A stretch of DNA of 38,251 nucleotides from Pseudobdellovibrionaceae bacterium. GTDB taxonomy: Bacteria; Bdellovibrionota; Bdellovibrionia; Bdellovibrionales; Bdellovibrionaceae. Within the stretch, counting starts at the first letter, position 1. Each line of letters opens with the position of its first letter. The notes under the pieces are model-generated. The model was not told where the DNA came from, made no database searches, and saw only the letters and a list, made by a program, of their open reading frames with translations. Location of the stretch: assembly GCA_044359815.1 (NCBI GenBank), contig JBIKLL010000020.1, positions 1 through 38,251 of the forward strand, read 5' to 3'. Shown here one piece after another: positions 26,181-34,306 of the stretch. The position numbers were made by a program, and so were the translations under genes.

Positions 26181-28132
26181 TTAATCACCTTAAAGACCTG
26201 GTCGCAACGACCCCCTGCTGACGCAGGAAATATCTGAAACTGTGATTGATATGTTGATCCTGTTACCGCATCAAAATACTGTCTTTGATAAATCCCAGGA
26301 CCTATATTGACCTCTGACAAAACCACCATAAAGGGTGGAGTCTCCTTAAAGGCTCGAAAATGTTGCTCTATGGATCTAGAAACAAACTCTCTTGCCTTAC
26401 TTAAGGAACTGACTTTCTTTTCCAATTGCTCAAATTTATTTCCAGAATTTTTAGAATTCGGCAACTCAATCAGTGGTTGCGATTTGAGCTTGTTTATTAA
26501 ATTCAATTTCATATAAGTAAACAGATGATTTTGTTTGATTCCAAATCTTTTTGCCTCAGTGATACTGGCCTCAATAAAGTTTAAATAAAACTCGACAAAC
26601 ATTTTTCGATAGGCAGTATTATTAAGTTTTCCCTTTATAGCGTTTTCGAACAAATCTTTTTTATCAGACAATTTTTCTTCAGGCGGAAGTTTTACCAGCT
26701 GATCCGCCAACAGCTGTAAGATCAAACTGATATTGGGGCCGGATTCCTTCATAAACCGAACGCTTCTGTACTCCTGATAAGCAAAATTATCATAGTACGA
26801 TAAAAGCTTAGTGGCCGATGCTAAATTTTCGAATTCTGGCCGCCTCTCTAGGTCTTTTACTATTTCCGGCGGCACACCCGTCAATCGAGCAAATTGAATT
26901 TTTAATTCATTTTCGAACACCTTATCAATTAGCTGATTCACCTCCGCACCAGAGGGAATTAAGTTTTTTTCTAAATCTGGAACCTGATCCTGCAGGCTAT
27001 TTATAAACTCCAGACTCAAATTTTTTACAGCAAAGTTGGTCCCGTTAATTTCCATTTCGCTGGCATCACCGTACTTCTGAAAATTGCTCAGCTTCAGAAA
27101 GTACCCAAAATCTAAACTTTTTCCAGAAATCTCGACGTTTGAAGGACTCAGCGTTGGTTGGTATAAATTATTGGCGTACATGTAGGCAGCTGTGATCGTA
27201 AACCTTTTGATCATTTCTAAAATCTGATTTTTAAGTTGATTTCTAATTTGAACGTCGCTGCTGACATCGCCCTGGACACCAACCTGAGGATAATATTCGG
27301 CAAGCGCCGTTGGCAATTTTGACATAGCGTAATTAACACGACGGCTTTCCCTTTTGGTTTTTTTCATTGTTAGGTTTTTCATAAAATGGGCTGGTCGCAA
27401 GGGATCTTCGCGAATCAGCAAAACCCGTTTTTCATTTTGCCCAATTTCATTATTAAAAATGGAGCCCACAATAATAATTGCCAGAACCCTATTGGCTCCA
27501 AAGGGCAGTTCATTGGCAGCAATTTGTGAAGCAACAGTCTCGTGCAAAGCTTCACCTAAACCCACCATCCCATCCGAATGAAATTTGTCCCTCAGCTTTC
27601 CCTGAGGAATCATTTTGGTAACTCCGATGCCTTTGATTTGAATTTTGCCTAAAGACCCCGTTCTGCCGCCACCTCTGTTGTAACTGATCCCGGCACCGCC
27701 ATAATAATCAGAATAAAAAACTTTAGTATGATCTTTTTTAAAATAATTTAGATCTGACAATTCTTCCTGAGGCTTGGCATAGGCCACCTGATCAACAAAA
27801 TCTTTTTCAAATTTTATGATATCATCCCCAGGGACTAAAAAACCTTGTTCGACAAACCAATCTAAGTCCAAAAAAAGTAGCTTAGGATTTTTGATCTTCA
27901 TCAAAACTTCAGCCTCATAGCCATCTGGACCTAAAATCTTTGCGTGAGCCGGAAGGTTTCCTTTTGTGCTTTCTTCAATTAGAAGCTCGGTCAGAGGCTT
28001 TGAACCCGCCTGCGCTGATACAGAAAGTCCGATCAGTGCTCGGAATAGGTCATTGCCTATCGCCAATGCAGGCTGAGCCCAGCATAGACTGATCAGACAA
28101 AATACGACTGTGATTGTAAAAGACTTTAACAC
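26174..28132 (-). CDS. Signal-peptide-bearing SelO/YdiU-like pseudokinase (putative AMPylase)
   Basis: YYGG...GGGR, QIKGIGVT, SDG, E-x-x-x-S, PFGANRVLAII, RPAHF and SPSN...GKSLDFG follow the SelO motif order. GGAG RBS; signal peptide ending ALA; C-terminal RCDQVF. Confidence 0.75.
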   Translation of the reverse strand: MLKSFTITVVFCLISLCWAQPALAIGNDLFRALIGLSVSAQAGSKPLTELLIEESTKGNLPAHAKILGPDGYEAEVLMKIKNPKLLFLDLDWFVEQGFLVPGDDIIKFEKDFVDQVAYAKPQEELSDLNYFKKDHTKVFYSDYYGGAGISYNRGGGRTGSLGKIQIKGIGVTKMIPQGKLRDKFHSDGMVGLGEALHETVASQIAANELPFGANRVLAIIIVGSIFNNEIGQNEKRVLLIREDPLRPAHFMKNLTMKKTKRESRRVNYAMSKLPTALAEYYPQVGVQGDVSSDVQIRNQLKNQILEMIKRFTITAAYMYANNLYQPTLSPSNVEISGKSLDFGYFLKLSNFQKYGDASEMEINGTNFAVKNLSLEFINSLQDQVPDLEKNLIPSGAEVNQLIDKVFENELKIQFARLTGVPPEIVKDLERRPEFENLASATKLLSYYDNFAYQEYRSVRFMKESGPNISLILQLLADQLVKLPPEEKLSDKKDLFENAIKGKLNNTAYRKMFVEFYLNFIEASITEAKRFGIKQNHLFTYMKLNLINKLKSQPLIELPNSKNSGNKFEQLEKKVSSLSKAREFVSRSIEQHFRAFKETPPFMVVLSEVNIGPGIYQRQYFDAVTGSTYQSQFQIFPASAGGRCDQVFKVINH

Positions 28133-28187
28133 TTTAAAACTCCGCCTGACCCTTTTTTAAGAGCTTATAATCAGTGCAGATATGTAA

Positions 28188-28203
28188 AGCAACAGGCGTA
28201 CCA
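28188..28203 (-). promoter_or_regulatory. Sigma54 (-24/-12) promoter of the SelO-like gene
   Basis: TGGTAC-GCCTG-TTGCT versus consensus TGGCAC-N5-TTGCW, 55 nt upstream of the start. Confidence 0.7.
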
Positions 28204-28218
28204 AGATTTTTCCCTAAA

Positions 28219-29022
28219 TCACTCTTGAGGTTCTTCAACTTCATGGCAGTGGATATCGTCTTCTTGTGTGATCACATAGGTCCCAATGTCTTCGGGAATC
28301 TTATGCGCATTAAAGGCATCGTCTTGCAAATCTTCAGCAGTCATTTTTTTAAACCACAAAATCCTGCAGTCTTTTAATCTCCATTCGGCATACCCTTCTT
28401 CGCTTTCATGGGGTTCGCCGATACCTTCATAGGCTTGCTGAATTACAGAGCGCAACTGAGTTTCGGTATTAGCTGAAGCTCTGATTTCAAATGAAATGTT
28501 TTGTAACTGCAAAGACTCCTCGTCATCACCCATAAACTGAGCGTGTAAATACCGAGTGCCTGGCAATGAATTTTCAGTTCTGATAATTTTAAGCATCCCC
28601 GTATGTTCATTCTGATTGCCGGATACCGTCGGCCTTAATCCCAATTGGGTGATTGAATCCTGAAATCCCTTGGCGCTTGCATTGGGATCATAGGCCATTA
28701 AAAAATAATCTACCAACTGCCTTACGGAAGCTTGCTCGACAGGGGTCAGGGCATCTGCTTTAGAGTTTTTTTGATCTTCCGATTGACCTTCAGCCTGTCG
28801 AAAAATCTTTTGCAGATTCAAGACTTCTGCTTCTGTCAGTTTTCGTGGAACAAAATCCTTACGGTCAGCCTGATCATCGATCTGCAACCCATGTTTTTGA
28901 TTGAAATTCCAAGGTTCAGATTTTTTGATAAATCCAAAATACAAAGTCAATAATGCCAAAACACTGGATACCGAAAATACGACAGTAAAAAATATTTTCT
29001 TTGGGCTGCTTAGTTTTGCCAA
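28219..29022 (-). CDS. Hypothetical protein with a single N-terminal TM anchor
   Basis: IFFTVVFSVSSVLALLTLYFGFI helix; start overlaps the M23 stop by 13 nt, suggesting co-transcription. Confidence 0.75.
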   Translation of the reverse strand: MAKLSSPKKIFFTVVFSVSSVLALLTLYFGFIKKSEPWNFNQKHGLQIDDQADRKDFVPRKLTEAEVLNLQKIFRQAEGQSEDQKNSKADALTPVEQASVRQLVDYFLMAYDPNASAKGFQDSITQLGLRPTVSGNQNEHTGMLKIIRTENSLPGTRYLHAQFMGDDEESLQLQNISFEIRASANTETQLRSVIQQAYEGIGEPHESEEGYAEWRLKDCRILWFKKMTAEDLQDDAFNAHKIPEDIGTYVITQEDDIHCHEVEEPQE

Positions 29023-29894
29023 CGGATTAAATATTGTGAAGGATTTATCAAATCAGCCCTGCGTCTGTATTTTCCTTTGCCAGACAGGCTACCTTTTCGT
29101 TCCCCACTAAACAGTTCAAAATGCAGCATCGGGGGAATCTTTTTTCTGGTTTTAATTTTTCCCATATAACCAACGGTTTGTCCCTTGGCGACAGAAGCTC
29201 CCGCTGAAACATCTATTGGTGGTCTTTTTGATGTGATTTCGCCGTACCTGACTACGAATCCACCATCATGAATGACTTCTAAGGCATAGGTTTTTTTATA
29301 AAATAAATAGAGGTCTTTTAAAACCTCTCCGTCTTTTACAGCCAAAATAGGTGTGCGCAAATCCTGATACAAATCGCTAGCAGCGTGTTTTCTGCGGCCA
29401 CCGTTTCGGTTGGCACCGAATCTGGCCATTCCTTGAGTGAAATCATTGTGGGGCCTGACAGCAATCGGAAACTGGCAGCAGCTGGGATCGCTTAAGCCAT
29501 TTCCCAAAAACAACCGATTGGCTCGATCACTGGCTGGCCTTCTTTTTTTGCCCCTATGTTTAATGACCCCAGGACAATCACTTTTAATCTGAACGTAATT
29601 TTCGCGGATCCATCCGATCAGGCCGTCTTCTGATTGAATCTGAATGTATTTATGATCTTTACCATGAACACTTTTAAACTGAGCATTTTCACCATCGAAA
29701 CTTTGAAATATCTTAACAACTGCGTGACGCTTGATACGTCCAATAACTTTATTCAACTCGTTATTAAAAACTCTGACTCTTTTTTTCTCGATACAAATAA
29801 CCTGATCAGCCGATGTGCCCGATGCAGAAGCCTGCCCCACAAACAGCAAACAACTAATGCAATATAATCCTACAGACACCCAACGCATCTTCAC
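29010..29894 (-). CDS. Secreted M23 family peptidoglycan endopeptidase with SH3b-like N-terminal domain
   Basis: HAASD (HxxxD), PILAVKDGEV, VAKGQTVGYMG and LHFE; SH3-like IGWIRENYV; signal peptide. Confidence 0.88.
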   Translation of the reverse strand: MKMRWVSVGLYCISCLLFVGQASASGTSADQVICIEKKRVRVFNNELNKVIGRIKRHAVVKIFQSFDGENAQFKSVHGKDHKYIQIQSEDGLIGWIRENYVQIKSDCPGVIKHRGKKRRPASDRANRLFLGNGLSDPSCCQFPIAVRPHNDFTQGMARFGANRNGGRRKHAASDLYQDLRTPILAVKDGEVLKDLYLFYKKTYALEVIHDGGFVVRYGEITSKRPPIDVSAGASVAKGQTVGYMGKIKTRKKIPPMLHFELFSGERKGSLSGKGKYRRRADLINPSQYLIRWQN

Positions 29895-29985
29895 AAAACC
29901 CTTTCTGTCCCCTCGGAAATATTCTGCTTAAATAATAATCAGTATTAAACGGAAACCACTGTCATCTTACAGGAAACACAGCATT

Positions 29986-30894
29986 TCAACAAAATTCTTT
30001 GATTTTTGTGATGACCCAATCGGGTTCGTCTTCAAAAGGATGGTGACCAGCTGTCGGGTGAATCTGCAATCTAGAACCTGGGATCACACTTTCCAGATCG
30101 TGCATGTATTTTTCAGGTACAATAAAATCGCCCTTACCCCACAAAATTAAGACCTGACTGTTTATATCTTTATACAGCTGCGGAATCCGGGAATCATCTA
30201 TGGTTTTGATGGCCATTTTAAAAGTGGCGATGGCCTTCATTCGGTTTTGAAAGGGCTTTAAATATTCATGCACCACGTCGTCAGTGATCAATTCTTTTTT
30301 TGAGGAAATTCTGGATAACATAAACTTCATCGACGAAAAATTCAAAGCAAAGCCAATTAATGGCAATGTGGGTACGGCAAATTTTCCCAAAAGCGAGACC
30401 AAACCCCTGTCTGTGGCCGGCGCAATTGCCACAACTTTGGAATAATTTTGCGGAAAATTCAGTGCCAGATTTAAACAAATACTTCCACCCATAGAGCTGC
30501 CAATTAAAAATGCTTTTTCGATTTTCAGGTTTTTTAAAATTTTATGAAGCCTCATGGTCTGAGCATCTAAATCATACATAAGCTCAGTGTCTTTGTCGCT
30601 CATACCAAAACCGGGCAAATCTATTGCTGTGACTTTGTAGCTCAGGCAAAGCTCCGAAAATATATTTCTGAACACAAATCCCGAAGCCCCTATCCCATGC
30701 ACCAATACCATATGACTGCCTGATCCAGATTGGCGGTAAGCCACTTGCACGCCTTCGACATTGGTGTACAGAAGCTGCGAAAATTCTTTGGCGGAAAGAC
30801 TGCGCCTTCGTAAAAGACGGACCAAAAATAGGGTGATGACTAAAATCCCTAGGGCCAGGAAAATATAAACCAAGTTATTATTAATTTCGTTCAC
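29986..30894 (-). CDS. Membrane-anchored alpha/beta hydrolase
   Basis: LVHGIG, DLPGFG, GSSMGG nucleophile elbow, WGKGD and AGHHP; N-terminal TM helix. Confidence 0.92.
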   Translation of the reverse strand: MNEINNNLVYIFLALGILVITLFLVRLLRRRSLSAKEFSQLLYTNVEGVQVAYRQSGSGSHMVLVHGIGASGFVFRNIFSELCLSYKVTAIDLPGFGMSDKDTELMYDLDAQTMRLHKILKNLKIEKAFLIGSSMGGSICLNLALNFPQNYSKVVAIAPATDRGLVSLLGKFAVPTLPLIGFALNFSSMKFMLSRISSKKELITDDVVHEYLKPFQNRMKAIATFKMAIKTIDDSRIPQLYKDINSQVLILWGKGDFIVPEKYMHDLESVIPGSRLQIHPTAGHHPFEDEPDWVITKIKEFC

Positions 30895-30989
30895 GATGCT
30901 TCAACGACCTCTAGGCTGCAGTTTTGTTTTGGGTATTTAGCACACTCAACCAGTGTTTCAGATAATCACAAAACTTCAAGGCCTCAGGA

Positions 30990-31787
30990 CTATCGTCGTG
31001 CTGTTTTGAAAACGTGAATTTCTGTTCTTAGATGCTGTAAAAATGTGATCAAGAAAAACGTTGAACCAATGGCTTCCAAGGTTTCTTCTATGGCTTTTGA
31101 AATATGCCTGATATCGTCAGCAGTGATCGACATAAAGGCTTTTGCCATTCCTTGATAGGGATCTTCTTTGAGCCCTTCAATAAAATCCAGACCCACTGCC
31201 ATGGCATAAAAACAAAGTGCAAAAAATATTGTTCGCTTTTCGCTCGAAGTCTTTAGCTCTTTGTACAAAAACCACATTATGAAAAAGCCCAAGGGGGCAA
31301 AGATAGGCATCAAAATCAACTGCCAATGAAAGGTCGGAAAGGCATTGACCCACTCACCTAAACTGGTTGTGCTGGTCAGTTGTTGGAAACTAGATCCCAA
31401 TCGTTCATGCAGCTTGGTGCCATCATCAAGACCCATATAGGTAAAAAAGCAAGCGATCACACACCAGCTGTAAAATCTGATTTTTTCTGGTTTATTTTTG
31501 TAATTGCGATGAGCAAAAACAATAAACCAAACAGACAAGCCAACGAGCATCAACTGCATGCTCTGAAACCAATTGGACAAACTGTCTTCGCGAGTCAGAT
31601 TAAAAAACCTGCGCAGAGGACCAAACGGCAGAATTTCAAAGTGATTTAAAAATATGTCTGCAAATAAAATAAAAATCTCGATAGACAGCAAAACTTTAAA
31701 AAGTCTGCTGCAGAATTTTTTGTCTGAAATTACTAAAACTCCGTCAGCCACCTTGCCCCCGTCAGCAATCATTAGTAAAAGCCCCAA
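30990..31787 (-). CDS. Hypothetical multi-pass membrane protein
   Basis: About 6 hydrophobic helices with acidic/His motifs LDDGTKLHE and IEETLE; start uncertain. Confidence 0.75.
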   Translation of the reverse strand: MGLLLMIADGGKVADGVLVISDKKFCSRLFKVLLSIEIFILFADIFLNHFEILPFGPLRRFFNLTREDSLSNWFQSMQLMLVGLSVWFIVFAHRNYKNKPEKIRFYSWCVIACFFTYMGLDDGTKLHERLGSSFQQLTSTTSLGEWVNAFPTFHWQLILMPIFAPLGFFIMWFLYKELKTSSEKRTIFFALCFYAMAVGLDFIEGLKEDPYQGMAKAFMSITADDIRHISKAIEETLEAIGSTFFLITFLQHLRTEIHVFKTARR

Positions 31788-31856
31788 GGCATTTTTATAT
31801 GCCTACCGTACTTTAATTAACGCTTGCAAACACAGACGAATCAAGTCCAGAAGACA

Positions 31857-32627
31857 TCACACTGTAGGCTGAAATAGGTTTTTATTCTTGGTGGCACCGG
31901 TTTCAGCCATCGCATTGGTTTGAGTTGATGAGCAGATAAAAGTTTGGCCTAAATAGCCATAGTGAAATAGCCTGCGCCATTCATAGTTTGGATTTTCGAT
32001 TTGAAATTCTTTAAAGGCTCCCGAAATGCCTAAATCTGAATTACCTTTGTATGAAAAGTAATCATCCATTATCAAGATGGTTCCCTCTTGAATCAAGTCC
32101 TTGCAAAAACTCAAGGCAGATCTGGCTGGGCCCTTTAAATCACAATCAATAAAAATAATTTTTGCTTTCTTAATCCCGTATTCAGTGGGCTTGTGTCCAT
32201 CCAATGTTTCATTAAAATATCCCTTAATTAAATGAACTTCATTGCCCTTGGTTTGATTCAGAATGTTCTTTCGCACTTTATCAAAGTTCACTGCAAAGGT
32301 ATCGTCCTTGTAAAACGGATGCTGATCCGTGGTTTCCATTTCTCCAAACCCCTGAAAGCTATCAAAACCAAAAAACCTTGTGTCCTGGTGATTAATCCAC
32401 TTCATACGTTTATTTGCCTTAGTCGCAAACACAAAGGCACCACCTGTGAAAACACCAAATTCCAAATAATCACCTTCAATTTTTTCCAGCGCAGTCAGAT
32501 AGAAGGCCTTCTTGATAGCGATGTATTTGCCAATATTATGCTCAATCATTGGCGATATCCAAGATATCAAGGTCCCCGCCAAATTTTGAAACACCGTGAA
32601 ACGCTTAAAAATTTTCAATAAAAACAT
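31857..32627 (-). CDS. TylF/MycF/NovP-family SAM-dependent O-methyltransferase
   Basis: EGDYLEFGV, FGFDSFQG, IKGYFNET, IDCDL and MDDY. Confidence 0.88.
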   Translation of the reverse strand: MFLLKIFKRFTVFQNLAGTLISWISPMIEHNIGKYIAIKKAFYLTALEKIEGDYLEFGVFTGGAFVFATKANKRMKWINHQDTRFFGFDSFQGFGEMETTDQHPFYKDDTFAVNFDKVRKNILNQTKGNEVHLIKGYFNETLDGHKPTEYGIKKAKIIFIDCDLKGPARSALSFCKDLIQEGTILIMDDYFSYKGNSDLGISGAFKEFQIENPNYEWRRLFHYGYLGQTFICSSTQTNAMAETGATKNKNLFQPTV

Positions 32628-32674
32628 ATATTTTAACCCTTTTATTACTTAAATTTATTAGCATAGACCTCAGG

Positions 32675-34300
32675 ATGGGACAACACGTGATTAAGAAACT
32701 TTGGATCGAATTTAAAAGCTTTACGACCACGCGACAGCAATTGGTGGATGGCTTTATCCTGTTTTGGTCTGCAGCTATTTTAATCTTTAGCTTTTGCGTT
32801 TATGCGGGAGTTTTATTTCAATACTCAACGTCAAAAGCCATATTGCAATCCATCGATGGCGACAGCAGCTACGGTGTGGAAACTGCCATCAATACCAATT
32901 GGGTCAATCACAATGGCTCAACTAACTACGGCCCACTTTATTATCGCCTGGCTGCACCGATCAGACATTTCGTGGATTCAACTCTGCTGACTAACGGTCT
33001 TTCAAAATCCGAAGCTCAGTTTAAAAATGTTCATTTTCATTTACTGCTTTTAAATCTTCTCAGTGTTTTTGCGATGAGTTTTGTCTTTTCTTTGATCCTG
33101 ACCCCCTTCAGACCCTGGCAACTATTAATCACCTCGGTAATGCCGGCCATGTTTTTAAGTCAAACTTGGCGGGCCAAGTTTTTGATCATGGCCAACACGG
33201 ATCATTTATTGGCCTTGCTGGTGACTATTGGCGTGTTGCTTTTTTATATGGGCTTAAGCGAAACCGACCACACAAAACACCGCCGATGGTTGTTTTATAC
33301 GGCTCTATGCTGGGCCTTGGCTTCACTGACAAAGCTGACTACGGTATTTTTTGCGCCTTCCCTGCTGATTTTTATTTATTTGTTAGATCCTAAAAAACTT
33401 AAAAATCATCTGCTGTTTTTCAGTAAATGGTTTTTACTGTTTTATTTTGTTTTGGGTTTTCCACAAAGCCTTGATCTGTGGGGATCCCTAAAGCCTGTTA
33501 TCAGACAAAATGGGTTTACCTCTTTGGTGAATTTAGACTTTTTGTTAAACCAGTGGCTGGTTTTATTTATTGATGATTTATTCAAACCTTTCTTGTTTAT
33601 TTTGGCCTGCTTGCTGATTGTCCCGTTCAGAACTGCGCAAATCAGTCAAAAAGCTCTTATGAAAACTTTTGTTTTGGTTTTGCTGCCCATTGTTTTTTTA
33701 GTTTCTAAAAAAACCACAGCTCCGTTTCAATGGTACACCTTTCCCTTTGCTAACGCCCTTCTGGTCGCCCATGCGCTGTTTATCGTGTATTTGGGGAAAT
33801 TGATTTTCAAAGGAAAAGACTCCTTCAAAAAATCACCTTGGTTGTTGGTTTTGTTTTTTGCAGCCTTTCCGCTTTCAAATCAGAATTTTCCTCAAAGTAT
33901 AGATAGCAACTTCTACGAATCCACAGCTTGCAGAAGCCAAGCAGAAGTCGTCAGAAATTTAATTAACAATTACGCTCAACAGGGGCGCCCCATTTTGACT
34001 GATCCCCTGTTTCCCTATGATCCCATTTATTTTAAAAATTCAGTCAATTCATTGTGGGACATGAACTGGCAACAGGTTGCTGACAATAAAACTGAAGTTT
34101 TAGGTTTGAAATCCAGTTACTACCGACTGTTTTTAGTGCCTGGAGCCCCCGAAGTTCGTTGGCTCACAGATAAATCATCACAAATTGCTTTTTACCAATC
34201 ATTTCTGAATACCGATCAGGCCAAGGCACCTGATGGAAGTCTTTGGCAGTTAAAGCACAAAGACTCCTGTGATTTTGAAGTTTGGGTCAAACAACAATAA
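32675..34300 (+). CDS. GT-C fold (ArnT/PMT-like) membrane glycosyltransferase
   Basis: About 10-11 TM helices; first-loop acidic DGD, YGPLYY, NTDHLL and ALASLTKLT motifs; soluble C-terminal domain. Confidence 0.7.
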   Translation: MGQHVIKKLWIEFKSFTTTRQQLVDGFILFWSAAILIFSFCVYAGVLFQYSTSKAILQSIDGDSSYGVETAINTNWVNHNGSTNYGPLYYRLAAPIRHFVDSTLLTNGLSKSEAQFKNVHFHLLLLNLLSVFAMSFVFSLILTPFRPWQLLITSVMPAMFLSQTWRAKFLIMANTDHLLALLVTIGVLLFYMGLSETDHTKHRRWLFYTALCWALASLTKLTTVFFAPSLLIFIYLLDPKKLKNHLLFFSKWFLLFYFVLGFPQSLDLWGSLKPVIRQNGFTSLVNLDFLLNQWLVLFIDDLFKPFLFILACLLIVPFRTAQISQKALMKTFVLVLLPIVFLVSKKTTAPFQWYTFPFANALLVAHALFIVYLGKLIFKGKDSFKKSPWLLVLFFAAFPLSNQNFPQSIDSNFYESTACRSQAEVVRNLINNYAQQGRPILTDPLFPYDPIYFKNSVNSLWDMNWQQVADNKTEVLGLKSSYYRLFLVPGAPEVRWLTDKSSQIAFYQSFLNTDQAKAPDGSLWQLKHKDSCDFEVWVKQQ

Positions 34301-34306
34301 GGCTTC

